Virus record (IMG/VR): IMGVR_UViG_3300036398_001591
Coordinates: 18,556-82,555 of that record
Origin: a virus
Reading direction: 5' to 3' (one strand)
Length of the DNA: 64,000 bases
The notes under the pieces were generated by a model. That model saw only the letters and a list, made by a program, of their open reading frames with translations, ran no database searches and was not told where the DNA came from. The position numbers and the translations under genes are program-made. Positions 14,487-24,504 of the stretch are shown in pieces (the stretch's first letter is position 1; each line of letters opens with the position of its first letter).

Positions 14487-16198
14487 TTCACCACCTGTGA
14501 GAAATTATTTGTCTTTTGAAATTTAATTACGGACCGAAACTTATCAAAAAGCTGGTCACCTTTATGTGAGATTACAAATACATTCGTGCTATTATCTAGG
14601 CTGTTGAGAAGTTTAAGGAATTCTTCTGTTCCTACTCCATCGAGAGAAGAATCGAACACTTCGTCTAGAACCAACAAATTGGTATTTACTGAGTTCTTCA
14701 TCTTGGCAATTTGGCGCCACGTAAACAAAAGTGCAAGGTCGATACGCATCTTTTCCCCTTCTGAGAAAGATGCATATGAAAATTCATCACGGTGCCTGGA
14801 CTTAATTGTTTCTTCGAATGATTCATTCAGGTTGAAGTTAACAAAGAAGTCCATCGAAGTTAGGTACTTGTTAATCAATTTGTTCATAACTGGCAAATAT
14901 TGTTTAATTATTTTTGTTTTGATGCCAGTATCTCTAAGTAGTGTTGCGGCAAACTCATGGTACTGTTTGTCAACCGAAAGTTGTTCGGCTGAGATATGAT
15001 AACCTTGTAATTCTTCATTCAATAGTTTTAATTTACCATCATCGTTTTCAGTAAAAACAGTACGTGTTCGGAGTTCTTCAATTTCTTTTAGCAGTTTGAC
15101 ATTGTAAGAATTGATGCTTGTTACCTGTGTGTTTAGCTTAACCACCTCAGAATTGTGTTCGTTGATATGTTTCTGTATCTTTTCTATTTCTTTCAAACGA
15201 TTGCAAACATTATTGAGTTCTTCATCCAGTTTAGTTGTTGCAGTTTGTATTTCTGTAATCTTAGACTGTTTTTCCGTCACATGTTTATCTTTGGTTTCTG
15301 AAACAATCGCCTGCTGACAGGTTGGGCAGTTATCGTTATTCTCATAGAAAGAAATTTCTTTGTTTAACTTTTTGACGTTATCTTCAAACTTGGATTGTAA
15401 AGTTATAAGTTTTGTATTTCTTGTAGATACGGCAATTTTGTCTGATATTTTAGAAGTCAGTTGCTGTATGTGTTTTTGTATTAACAAAATGTTTTTTGAA
15501 ACGTTATTTAAGTGTGTATCATTGTCCGTAATCTCTTGGGTTTTCTTATTGATTTCAACGAGATGGTTTTTCTTATTGTCTTCAATGTTCTGTTTTTGTA
15601 AAGAAATTTTGGCATCAACAAGTTTGATATTATAATCAACCGTTTTCTGTTCATCCTTAATTGTTGAAATCTTATTCTTTACGATTGCATTCATAGAGGA
15701 GAAAATCTGAATGTCGAGCAAGTCCTCAATAATTGCTCTACGGTCAGCAGGCGATAACTGCATGAATGGAACAAAAGAAGCGGAACCAAGTATCACTACT
15801 TGCGTAAACGATTTATAATTAAGTTTAAGAATGAACTTTTCGAGGTGTTCTTGGTAGTCTTTTGCCTTTGCATCTTGATTAACAAGTACAGCGTCACAAT
15901 AAATTTCAAACGCATTTGGTTTAATACTCCGTACAACTTTGTATTGTTTCTTACCAATCTTAAACTCAATTTCAACCACACAATCGGAGTTGTTAATTGT
16001 GTTCATCAACTGTGGTTTGTTAATCTTACGGAAAGGTTTACCAAAAAGACCGAAGGTGAGGGCATCCAAAATGGTTGACTTGCCTGCACCGTTGTGTCCA
16101 ACAATTAAGGTGTTTGTAGACCGTGTTAGGTCGATTTCTGTAAATGAGTTACCCGTAGAAAGAAAATTCTTCCAGCGAACTTTTTGAAAAATAATCAT
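14483..16198 (-). CDS. gp46: Recombination endonuclease ATPase subunit (SbcC/Rad50-like)
   Basis: GHNGAGKST, CPTC hook, FSEGEK and LDEVFD. Confidence 0.96.
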   Translation of the reverse strand: MIIFQKVRWKNFLSTGNSFTEIDLTRSTNTLIVGHNGAGKSTILDALTFGLFGKPFRKINKPQLMNTINNSDCVVEIEFKIGKKQYKVVRSIKPNAFEIYCDAVLVNQDAKAKDYQEHLEKFILKLNYKSFTQVVILGSASFVPFMQLSPADRRAIIEDLLDIQIFSSMNAIVKNKISTIKDEQKTVDYNIKLVDAKISLQKQNIEDNKKNHLVEINKKTQEITDNDTHLNNVSKNILLIQKHIQQLTSKISDKIAVSTRNTKLITLQSKFEDNVKKLNKEISFYENNDNCPTCQQAIVSETKDKHVTEKQSKITEIQTATTKLDEELNNVCNRLKEIEKIQKHINEHNSEVVKLNTQVTSINSYNVKLLKEIEELRTRTVFTENDDGKLKLLNEELQGYHISAEQLSVDKQYHEFAATLLRDTGIKTKIIKQYLPVMNKLINKYLTSMDFFVNFNLNESFEETIKSRHRDEFSYASFSEGEKMRIDLALLFTWRQIAKMKNSVNTNLLVLDEVFDSSLDGVGTEEFLKLLNSLDNSTNVFVISHKGDQLFDKFRSVIKFQKTNNFSQVVK

Positions 16199-16833
16199 TA
16201 TTTAAATTTTGGACCTACAGCCCACACTGTTATAGATTGTCTATTGCCCGAAATAATTGGTGCCACTTTATGTAGTAGAAATGAAGGGAACAACAAAACT
16301 GATCCTTTCTTAAGGTTTGTTTCCCAAGGAAATTGTTCAGAGAAGTGATTGATTTGGAAATTACCTCCCTCAAAATCAACTCCCGGCTCATTTAAAAGTA
16401 AAACAACTGTCAACTTACGGAGGTTTTCCATGAGATTGTGATCTACTCTTTTTCCACCAAGTGGTAAATCCATATGAAATTCGTGTTTATCACCAACATC
16501 ATACTTTGCAAATTGCAAATAGTTAAATCCATACAAATCAAAATTGAAACTTTTGTCATTGTAATGTGCAATGATGTTATTAAACTTTTCCCACATCCAA
16601 ACGGTTTGTTCATCCGGTTGAGTCATCAATACAACATTCGCTTTACGTTGTTCAGGTATATTTGATGTGTCTGAGTATTCACGACCTCGATGTGTGATAT
16701 GATTAACTTCAAAATATTGTGAAATAAAATCACATTCACTATGTGTGAAAAATTGATTGTCAACAATGAATCGTGGAATAAAAAACATTTTTTCCACCAA
16801 CTCAGTATTAACCATCATTGTTGGTGCGCTCAT
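16198..16833 (-). CDS. 2OG-Fe(II) oxygenase
   Basis: HMD...RKLT...FEGG...FPSFLLHKV.P...GNR. Confidence 0.88.
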   Translation of the reverse strand: MSAPTMMVNTELVEKMFFIPRFIVDNQFFTHSECDFISQYFEVNHITHRGREYSDTSNIPEQRKANVVLMTQPDEQTVWMWEKFNNIIAHYNDKSFNFDLYGFNYLQFAKYDVGDKHEFHMDLPLGGKRVDHNLMENLRKLTVVLLLNEPGVDFEGGNFQINHFSEQFPWETNLKKGSVLLFPSFLLHKVAPIISGNRQSITVWAVGPKFK

Positions 16834-17894
16834 TCTGATTCCTCATTCAATGCTTCAACATACAAACCTCTCAAAAGATTTTTGATTCTATCTTTTTCCA
16901 AATCAGTTGTCAAGTTATCAACGTACTTATTTAAGATGGTTGTGGTATCTTCTGCTTGATTCACATCATCATTTTGAATATCTTCCTGTTCGGTAAAATC
17001 TTCTGCAATCGTAATGTCGATGGGTCCAACTTGATAAAGCCTATTAATTAACGTGTCAAATAGGTATGGATTGATTTTATTCACAACCACAACTTTGACG
17101 TAGCTAGTCTTTAATTGTGTTAAATCCATGGAGGTGATGGTTTTAATGTCATCCACTTTATCATCATAGATAAGTTTTTTGAACATCTTATTCGGATTTT
17201 GGATAAATTCCAATTTATGAGTCTTCAAATCAAACAAGTGAAAACCTCTTGGATCATCGTAGTCCTGCCAGGTCAACTCATATGGATTACCAAGATAATG
17301 TATGTTTCCACGGCTAGATTTGTGGTGATAGTGACCAGAGAATACCATATCGAACTTATCAAACATCTTTGGTTCTAGACCCTCATGTGAAGGCGCACCA
17401 CGATACATTTGAAAGCCCTCAATCTCAAAGTGACCCATACAGACCGTTGCTTCTGTAAGTTTCAATGTGGACATAGAATGCTCATAGTTTTCGGCACAAA
17501 TCCACGGCATCATGCAAATTGAGGTGTCATCAATTCGTATTGTAGCTGGATTCTTTATGATATTGATGTTATCGTATTCTTCCAAAACTAACTTCGGTGA
17601 GTTAACATCGTTTGTATTCTTGTAGTATGTGTCGTGGTTACCCACCAACATATGAACACGAATGCCACGGTCCTGAAGTTTATCAAAGAACATCTTCTTT
17701 GCACGTTGAAGCGAATAGAAGTTTACATACTTACGCCTGTCAAACGTGTCACCAAGAATAAGCAAAGTATTAATTCCGGCAGCATCAACAGCAGGAAAAA
17801 ATGTTTCATCATAAAATTTTTCATAAAAATCCAAAAAGTGTAGTGAATCATTTCTTGCACCAAAGTGTTGGTCAGTTATTATTGCGACTCTCAA
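16830..17894 (-). CDS. gp47: Recombination endonuclease nuclease subunit (SbcD/Mre11-like)
   Basis: TDQHFG, GDTFD, GNHD and SGHYH. Confidence 0.95.
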   Translation of the reverse strand: MRVAIITDQHFGARNDSLHFLDFYEKFYDETFFPAVDAAGINTLLILGDTFDRRKYVNFYSLQRAKKMFFDKLQDRGIRVHMLVGNHDTYYKNTNDVNSPKLVLEEYDNINIIKNPATIRIDDTSICMMPWICAENYEHSMSTLKLTEATVCMGHFEIEGFQMYRGAPSHEGLEPKMFDKFDMVFSGHYHHKSSRGNIHYLGNPYELTWQDYDDPRGFHLFDLKTHKLEFIQNPNKMFKKLIYDDKVDDIKTITSMDLTQLKTSYVKVVVVNKINPYLFDTLINRLYQVGPIDITIAEDFTEQEDIQNDDVNQAEDTTTILNKYVDNLTTDLEKDRIKNLLRGLYVEALNEESE

Positions 17895-18276
17895 TTCGTT
17901 TCCTCAATTCGGTACTACTATACGTATGTGGACGGGTATTATAATAATACTCTTTGTCCAGATGTTTACCAGTAAAGGCTTTAGTCCTATACTCCTCGCC
18001 AAGTATTCTAACATCATAGTTCACTGTTGTCAATAGGTTCAACAGGTCTTCTTCAGTAGAATACGGTATAATTTCATCAACATACTTGCAACCTTTGAGT
18101 TGTACATACCGTTCGTAAACTGTTTGTACCGGTTTATTTTTTTCTGGTCTGTCTATTGTTGGATCGGTTTGAAGACCAACAATCAGGTAATCACAGTGTT
18201 GCTTTGCTTCTTCGAGCATAAGAACATGGCCAGCATGAAACAAATCAAAACATGAACAAGTGAATCCGATTTTCAT
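17872..18276 (-). CDS. Glycerol-3-phosphate cytidylyltransferase-like (TagD family)
   Basis: FDLFHAGH, LIVGL and SSTELR. Confidence 0.85.
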   Translation of the reverse strand: MKIGFTCSCFDLFHAGHVLMLEEAKQHCDYLIVGLQTDPTIDRPEKNKPVQTVYERYVQLKGCKYVDEIIPYSTEEDLLNLLTTVNYDVRILGEEYRTKAFTGKHLDKEYYYNTRPHTYSSTELRKRIESRNNN

Positions 18277-18277
18277 A

Positions 18278-18841
18278 TCATTCCTCCAAAAACTTCTCTA
18301 TACCCTTATTCTTTTTTATTTCCTTTTTCTTTTTCTTTGTTTCTTCAAAAGTTTCAATGAAGTCGGAAATGTTATCGTATAGTTCAAAAGGTTTGGCTGG
18401 AGTGTCATCGTAACCCATCAGTTCAGATTCATTGAAGATACCAAACTGTTCTGTGGCTTTGTACTTCACATACAATTGCTTTTTTTCTTTTTGTATTCTA
18501 CGAAGGAATGCATAGTAGATAATTTGTGTGAAGTATGCAAATGGATTGCTTGATTTGGAAACGTCAAAGTTTTCAAAGTACATGAGGCAGTTTTCAATGC
18601 CATCACCGACCATCTCATCTCTATATGTATAGTTAATAAAGTTTGGTTTGTGTGACAGTCCTTCAGCAATCTTCATAAAGCATTCACCAATGTAATTGGG
18701 AATTTTCGGTTTCGGTGCTCCAGTCTTTTTTGCCTCAGCTACAGCCGCTTGGTATTCCAAAAGTGCTTGGCAAAAATCTGCGTTGTTGATGTAATGCCTT
18801 TTTGGTTTTGCAACCGGCATTGGTATTGTTTCTTGTTCCAT
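18278..18841 (-). CDS. gp55: Late-transcription sigma factor
   Basis: HYINN, YIGECFMKIA and NPFAYFTQIIYYAFLRRI. Confidence 0.95.
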   Translation of the reverse strand: MEQETIPMPVAKPKRHYINNADFCQALLEYQAAVAEAKKTGAPKPKIPNYIGECFMKIAEGLSHKPNFINYTYRDEMVGDGIENCLMYFENFDVSKSSNPFAYFTQIIYYAFLRRIQKEKKQLYVKYKATEQFGIFNESELMGYDDTPAKPFELYDNISDFIETFEETKKKKKEIKKNKGIEKFLEE

Positions 18842-18863
18842 GATATATTTACCTTTAAATTGC

Positions 18864-18892
18864 TTGACTTCCACTTGACAAAGGTCTACACT
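18864..18892 (+). promoter_or_regulatory. Antisense sigma70-like promoter upstream of gp55
   Basis: TTGACT-17-TACACT on the plus strand, with an overlapping TTGACA. Confidence 0.5.
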
Positions 18893-18917
18893 CCAGTATG
18901 TAGCCTCTGCATGTTAA

Positions 18918-19310
18918 TTAATGTACTACGGATATATCTGGACCAACCAGTTCTAACATCGTAGTCATCAAATCTTGACTCATTCCTTCTTCGTCCGAAT
19001 CGGACACTTCTCTCCCCGCAGACTTGGCTCTGTGAATAGTATCCACAGCATCTTCAAAATATTCTGAGAATTCAGATGTGGGTTCCAAAATAGTAACAAT
19101 CTCATTCTCTGTAATGAATGCTTCATTGTGTTGTATAAGTGGTGCAGGCAACCAATGATCCATCATAATGATCTGTTTACCAGATTTCATATCACTCTTA
19201 AGGAGAACTACCATAGGTTCTCTGACAATGAAATTCAATTTATCCACTTGTTCGAGATATGCTATAATATCTTCACCCGATTTAAGACGTAGTATTTTTA
19301 TTGCTTCCAT
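18918..19310 (-). CDS. Conserved T4-like hypothetical protein (Sm-like fold)
   Basis: IKILRLKSGEDIIA N-terminus; lies between uvsW and gp55. Confidence 0.75.
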   Translation of the reverse strand: MEAIKILRLKSGEDIIAYLEQVDKLNFIVREPMVVLLKSDMKSGKQIIMMDHWLPAPLIQHNEAFITENEIVTILEPTSEFSEYFEDAVDTIHRAKSAGREVSDSDEEGMSQDLMTTMLELVGPDISVVH

Positions 19311-20808
19311 TTTTTAATCCTATCTTATAGAGTTTGTAGATAAATTTCTCCTCATTATATATCTTAGTTCGTTCTACAAAATGTTTGAGTGTGAAATTCA
19401 TATAACCCTTATAACGTAGGTCATCCGCTATATCGTAAAGAATTGCTTCAACCTTGTTGTCACCGATTCGTAAACCCCGTCCAATAGATTGGAGATTTCG
19501 AACTCTCGATTTGGATGGAGATGCGAATATAATATTATGGAGATTCCTAATATTAATTCCAGTGCTAAAGGTACCATAACTAGCCACAATAATAGCGTCA
19601 TTTTCTTCCTCGGTGATACGCCTAACTTCTTCTCTTGTTTCTGTGTCGGTTTTACCGTAAACAAAGAAGACCTTCCTATTGCCGATATTCTCGGTTTTAG
19701 TTATCATATCATACAATATTTTACCATGTTTGTCAACATATTGGTAAAGAATTAGAGTATTTCCATTCAAAGATACCGCAAGATTTTTAATGAATTTGTT
19801 TCTATTCTCATTTAGAATTAAATATTCTATTTCTTCCTGATAAGTTTTACCTTTCATCAACTTACAAATTTCATCATCATGTTTCAACACCAAACATTTG
19901 ATTGAAAAATCCGCAATCTGTTTGTTGTCCATTAGTTCTTTGGTTGTTGTTACCTTTTCAACAGGTCCAAAAAGACCTTCAAGTACGAGTTTGTGTGTCT
20001 TAGTTCCGTCAAGTGTACCAGTAAGACCAATACGATATTTTGCATTGATACAGTTGGACATTATGGAAACAAGAGACTGTGCTTTGAATAGGTGTGCTTC
20101 GTCACCAATGATAAAATCAAACTGGTGAAAGTATTCTTCAGGTTGTGTATACAAAGATTGCCATGTAGATATTGTGAGAGGCAAGTCCGTGTTCTTGTCT
20201 TTACCTTGGTAGATTCTGTGTATGTTTTCTGAAACATCGAAACCATTTGCTGTTGAATAATCCGCAAAATCGGAATACAACTGTTCAACAAGTGAGGTGG
20301 TCGGAACAATAATAAGTCCCTTTTTACATTTGTATGTTAGCAGTTGACGTATTGCAAGGTATATTATTAGGGATTTGCCCGATGATGTTGGTGAGAGTAG
20401 AAGACACCGTTTGTTTCGCATAGCATGTACGTATGCATTTTTTTGGTAATCTCTAACTTCTATATCATTATTTCTTGACTGTAACTTCAAGTCTGTGATA
20501 AACTTGTCAGCATGATACACAGAATAATCATCAGTCAAATCGGGTCTTGGATCACCATACTCCAATGTATACTCACGTTCTTCACAGAAGTTTTCTATGT
20601 AAGGAAGAAGACCGTGATAAACCTGAAACGTTCTAAGGTCAAAGAGCCTTATTTTTCCATCCCAAATTTTATTACGAAACGCTGGAGTAAATTGATGACC
20701 AGGTACGTAGAAGGTAAAAAACTCCGACAATTCTTGTGCTGTCGAACGTTCACAATTTACCTTAACATACGCCTCATTTCTTTTCGTTACGATTAGTTTA
20801 GTTTCCAC
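19282..20808 (-). CDS. uvsW: UvsW helicase
   Basis: WDGKIRLF, SPTSSGKS, GDEAH and QSIGRGLR; GTG start at 20808 preferred over TTG at 20829. Confidence 0.95.
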   Translation of the reverse strand: METKLIVTKRNEAYVKVNCERSTAQELSEFFTFYVPGHQFTPAFRNKIWDGKIRLFDLRTFQVYHGLLPYIENFCEEREYTLEYGDPRPDLTDDYSVYHADKFITDLKLQSRNNDIEVRDYQKNAYVHAMRNKRCLLLSPTSSGKSLIIYLAIRQLLTYKCKKGLIIVPTTSLVEQLYSDFADYSTANGFDVSENIHRIYQGKDKNTDLPLTISTWQSLYTQPEEYFHQFDFIIGDEAHLFKAQSLVSIMSNCINAKYRIGLTGTLDGTKTHKLVLEGLFGPVEKVTTTKELMDNKQIADFSIKCLVLKHDDEICKLMKGKTYQEEIEYLILNENRNKFIKNLAVSLNGNTLILYQYVDKHGKILYDMITKTENIGNRKVFFVYGKTDTETREEVRRITEEENDAIIVASYGTFSTGINIRNLHNIIFASPSKSRVRNLQSIGRGLRIGDNKVEAILYDIADDLRYKGYMNFTLKHFVERTKIYNEEKFIYKLYKIGLKNGSNKNTTS

Positions 20809-21241
20809 CGATGAATCTTTCCCATGCAATATAATCTTTTAGCTGGAAAGTTCTGCTTCTAAGTTCTTGTAGAATAGATTCACACACGGCAATTGCTTCA
20901 TCGTGATACATTTTCTTTTCTAACAAACGAATAAGTTCTGCGTCAGATTCAATGTACTTCTCAATTCCCTGTTTCGTCTTTACATTTAACAGAAAAGGTT
21001 CCCAACCATATTCTTCTAGTTCTTCCTGTGAAAGAGAACCGTTATAGTATTCTTCTTTGACTTTACGCATACGTGAATAATCAAAGTTTACACGCTTCAT
21101 AGCAAGTCTGTGGTTCACAAGAATCTTTAGATACTTATTATGTAGTGTGGGTATTTTTAATAGTTCTTTTCCTGGTTCCGTAGAATCAATCACAGAATCT
21201 TTTTCCCACTCTTTTAAAATTTCTTCAAGTTTGCTCATCAT
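20798..21241 (-). CDS. uvsY: Recombination mediator UvsY
   Basis: WEKDSVID, KIPTLHNKYL and IAWERF; synteny. Confidence 0.92.
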   Translation of the reverse strand: MMSKLEEILKEWEKDSVIDSTEPGKELLKIPTLHNKYLKILVNHRLAMKRVNFDYSRMRKVKEEYYNGSLSQEELEEYGWEPFLLNVKTKQGIEKYIESDAELIRLLEKKMYHDEAIAVCESILQELRSRTFQLKDYIAWERFIGGN

Positions 21242-21261
21242 AATCTCCATTGCAAAATTAC

Positions 21262-21290
21262 ATTATATCACGATATTTTTTCCAAGTCAA
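21262..21290 (-). promoter_or_regulatory. Sigma70 promoter of the uvsY-uvsW-gp55 unit
   Basis: TTGACT-17-TATAAT. Confidence 0.78.
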
Positions 21291-21765
21291 ACCAATCGTA
21301 CCTAAAAGTTGCTGTTGCATACATGTGGTCTTCTGCCGACAAAGTGGTATCGAATTCTAAATCACTAAGAGAAAGTGGAAAAATATCATTCAGTTTGATT
21401 CTAAATTTTGGATTGTTTAGATTAGACATTACGGTAAATATAGCCTGCTTAGTACTTTCTTTTCTTCTTGCATAGCTATTATCAACGGAAGATAAATCAC
21501 TCATCCATTTGTAGATGTTTGTCCATGCAGACAGGTCTTCGTTTACCATAAAAGTGATATCAAACGTATTGTATTCTAGCTTTGTACCAGAGTGAAACAA
21601 ATCTATGTTTGGTGTTTGTTGTACAGCCATACCCAAAGAAACACCAGGTATGTTGGCTTTTTGGCAAAAATACATGGTCTGTGATATTTCTGGAAATGTC
21701 ACCACATATTTTGTGGGTTGTAATAAATTTGTTGTACTTGGTGTAGTTATGATAGCTCCACTCAT
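21268..21765 (-). CDS. gp3: Tail completion/tube terminator protein
   Basis: NLLQPTKY, FCQKANIPG, FPLSLS and ATF.Y. Confidence 0.88.
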   Translation of the reverse strand: MSGAIITTPSTTNLLQPTKYVVTFPEISQTMYFCQKANIPGVSLGMAVQQTPNIDLFHSGTKLEYNTFDITFMVNEDLSAWTNIYKWMSDLSSVDNSYARRKESTKQAIFTVMSNLNNPKFRIKLNDIFPLSLSDLEFDTTLSAEDHMYATATFRYDWFDLEKIS

Positions 21766-21796
21766 ATTATCTCCTTAATGATCTTAGTATTTAGGA

Positions 21797-21829
21797 ACCA
21801 AAAAAAGAGGAGCATTTCTGCTCCTCTTT
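21797..21829 (-). terminator. Rho-independent terminator after the major capsid gene
   Basis: AAAGAGGAGCA-GAAA-TGCTCCTCTTT followed by T tract. Confidence 0.88.
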
Positions 21830-21868
21830 GAAACGCCAATCTGCGTTGGCTTTTTTCCGTAACCGTAA

Positions 21869-23221
21869 TTACATTAAGTTTGCAACACGGAAAATACGGT
21901 AGTACGTATTACGCTTAGAGTACAACTGACCTAAATCAGCGTCTGTACCGGCAGCAAACGGATTTGCAACCATGCCGTAACGAGTCTTGAAACCAATCTT
22001 TGGTTGGAATGTGTACTGGTCAACTGCACGAACCATTTGTAGCGGAACGTATGGGCAGTAGAATAGACCAGCGTCATAAGGAGAAGAACCCTTATAACCG
22101 ATTGTTACCAATTCTTGGTTAGATGTGTAACCGCCGAAGTATGGGTCGATATAAACCTTGATACGGCCGTGTAGCAAACCAGCGAATGTGTTACCAGTGT
22201 CATCAACTTGCAAGTCTGTAGACAATGCAGGAGTGTACTGTAGAACACCAGCCATAGCCATAGCGGAAGCAACGTCAGATGATACGATCATCACGTTGCC
22301 CTTACCTCTACGAGTTTCTTTGGCAATAACGTTAGCGTCACGTTCAACTTGGAAAATCAAACCTTTGAAACGTTCAACAGACCAACGACCGTTAGAGTCT
22401 GTGTCAAGGTCGAAAGTACCAGCAGTTGTTGTACCAAACTGAGCACCGTTTTTAGCAACAGTGTAGATTGTACGGATAACTTCACGGTTGATTTCAGCTA
22501 GAATTTCTGTGGACAGAATGTTAGACAATTCTGTTTCAGCGTCAAGACCGTGGATAGCCTTCAAGTCTTGAGCAAGTTCTAGTGAGTATTCAGCCTTCAA
22601 TGCACGGCTTTGAGCGGTAACAGTAACCTTCTCGATAGAGAAAGCCATTTGACCGAACTGTGTGTTCGCTTCTGAACCCAAGTATTCAGCAGTAGCCGTA
22701 GGCATGCCGATACCAGTTGTGAATGTGTTAGCTGTAGTGAAACCGTTACCAACTGGGTTAGTTAGTGTATCACCAGTAGTGTTGTTTGCGAAACCGAAAC
22801 GGTTAGTGTCGGAGCCAATACCAGAGAACTTGGTGTTGGCTTCGTTGAAGAAGGCTTCTACACCAGACGCTTTGTTATTTTCGCCGTACTTGGCACGCAT
22901 TGCAAAGATCAAGCCTGTTGGGCCTGTCATTGGCTGAACGCCAGCAACATCATAAGCGATCAAGTTAGGTAGCGCACGGCGTACCAAAGAGATCAAGATT
23001 GGATCAAAGTTTTGAATACCAGAACCAGTAGCCATTGATGGGCCGGTGGAAGTAGTTTCGTTAATCATGCCCATTTGAGCACGATCAGACGCCATAGCTT
23101 GAGATTGGTTCTCAAGAACCATAGCTGTAACAGCTTTCTTGTATGGATCCTTAATAGCTTCTAGTTCTGGGTGATCCAGAACAGGTTGCCATTTTTGTTT
23201 TAGTTCTTCAGATAGTAACAT
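21869..23221 (-). CDS. gp23: Major capsid protein
   Basis: VQPMTGPTGLIFAMR, SRALKAEYSLELAQDLKAIHGLDAE and FQPKIGFKTRYG. Confidence 0.98.
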   Translation of the reverse strand: MLLSEELKQKWQPVLDHPELEAIKDPYKKAVTAMVLENQSQAMASDRAQMGMINETTSTGPSMATGSGIQNFDPILISLVRRALPNLIAYDVAGVQPMTGPTGLIFAMRAKYGENNKASGVEAFFNEANTKFSGIGSDTNRFGFANNTTGDTLTNPVGNGFTTANTFTTGIGMPTATAEYLGSEANTQFGQMAFSIEKVTVTAQSRALKAEYSLELAQDLKAIHGLDAETELSNILSTEILAEINREVIRTIYTVAKNGAQFGTTTAGTFDLDTDSNGRWSVERFKGLIFQVERDANVIAKETRRGKGNVMIVSSDVASAMAMAGVLQYTPALSTDLQVDDTGNTFAGLLHGRIKVYIDPYFGGYTSNQELVTIGYKGSSPYDAGLFYCPYVPLQMVRAVDQYTFQPKIGFKTRYGMVANPFAAGTDADLGQLYSKRNTYYRIFRVANLM

Positions 23222-23258
23222 TTAAGTAACTCCTATTTTAAAATTAAATGTGGTATAT

Positions 23259-24464
23259 TTATTTGGCCACAGATTTTGAGATTGAATTAACAACGGCGTT
23301 GATTAAAGGATCAGCAGATGCGTTTGATGGCTTATCTTCTGGTACTTCTACGCCTTCTTCTAGGGCAGATTTTTCACCAGCCTTAACAGTAGAAGGAGCA
23401 TATGCTTCTTTCAATGTGCTAAGTTTTTCTGTGAAATCTTCCTCAGTCGTGAACTCAACACTCTCTGCGAGTGACTTAAGTTTTTCTACCTGAGTCTGCG
23501 TTAGGCCTTCGCAAACTGCTTGCACAGCCTGTACTTTCTTATGTTCATTGATTTCTTTTTTGAATTCAATAGAACGAGAAATTTCTTCGTTCAATTTGGC
23601 TTCTAGTTCTTCAACTTTGTCGGCCATTTCTTGAACAACATCCACTTTTTCTTCTGGAATGTCAATGTAGTGTTCAGCGAATAGATTCTTTAGACCACCA
23701 ATGAAGTCTTCTACGATTTCAGCACGTAGACCAGATTCGATTGCTAGTTCATTTTCTTTCATCCATTCTTCTACCATGTAATTTAGGTAGTCATCGATTT
23801 TAGCGGCAAAGTCTTCTTTGAGTTCTTCGACTGCTTGTTCGAATTGTTCGTGAAGTTGTGACTCTACTTCTTCCGCAATTTCTTCTACACGTGACATAAC
23901 GGCAGCTTCAAAAATTGTGGTAGCTTTAGAAACAAATTCTTCTGATAGGTCTTCACCTTGAAGCAATGCATCAATGTCTTCTTTTAGACCTTTTTTAGCC
24001 ATCATTTTTTTCATCATGGCTTTGTCTTTCTTTTCATCTTCGTGGCCTTCTTTGTCTTCTGCTTCAGAAACGACTTCGCCGTCTTCTTCTACTTCTTCAT
24101 TCTTTTGGCCACCATAAGATTGGAATGTAGCGTCTTTGTTTTTGTCCATCATTTGTTTACCAGGCTTGCCTTCAGGTGCTTCAACAGAACCTTGTTCAGC
24201 AGGTTGGCCTGACAACTTCTTAGCTGGTTCAGAACCTACTGGAGGTGTAGCACCTGGAGGTGTGGCTGTTGCAACACCTTTAGTAGCATCTGGACCAGAG
24301 TCAGTTGTTTTGGTAACTTCTGTACCAATTTCACCAACGTCTTTTTGGCCTGCAACTACAGATGTAGGCAGTTTAGAAGGACCTTCTGTCCCTTTTTTTG
24401 CTGAAGAAATGCTTTTGTTTAGAATGTCAGCGGCAGCTTCAGATAGATTGAACTTTTTAACCAT
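23259..24464 (-). CDS. gp22: Prohead core scaffold protein
   Basis: KATTIFEAAV, YLNYMVEEWMKEN and EHYIDIPEEK. Confidence 0.93.
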   Translation of the reverse strand: MVKKFNLSEAAADILNKSISSAKKGTEGPSKLPTSVVAGQKDVGEIGTEVTKTTDSGPDATKGVATATPPGATPPVGSEPAKKLSGQPAEQGSVEAPEGKPGKQMMDKNKDATFQSYGGQKNEEVEEDGEVVSEAEDKEGHEDEKKDKAMMKKMMAKKGLKEDIDALLQGEDLSEEFVSKATTIFEAAVMSRVEEIAEEVESQLHEQFEQAVEELKEDFAAKIDDYLNYMVEEWMKENELAIESGLRAEIVEDFIGGLKNLFAEHYIDIPEEKVDVVQEMADKVEELEAKLNEEISRSIEFKKEINEHKKVQAVQAVCEGLTQTQVEKLKSLAESVEFTTEEDFTEKLSTLKEAYAPSTVKAGEKSALEEGVEVPEDKPSNASADPLINAVVNSISKSVAK

Positions 24465-24492
24465 TTAAAACTCTCCTTGGTTTTGTATGTGG

Positions 24493-24500
24493 ATATTTAT
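24493..24500 (-). promoter_or_regulatory. T4-type late promoter TATAAATA
   Basis: Exact TATAAATA upstream of gp22 and again near 26999; NATAAATA/CTAAATA variants precede gp23, gp19, gp18, gp13, gp3 and the gene ending at 42302. Confidence 0.75.
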
Positions 24501-24504
24501 AATA

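Noticed and set aside
16198-16833. 2OG oxygenase acting as collagen prolyl-4-hydroxylase for the fibres
   Set aside because: Collagen prolines here are in the X position, not the Y position used by P4H; the gene is in the replication block and such oxygenases are common in these phages
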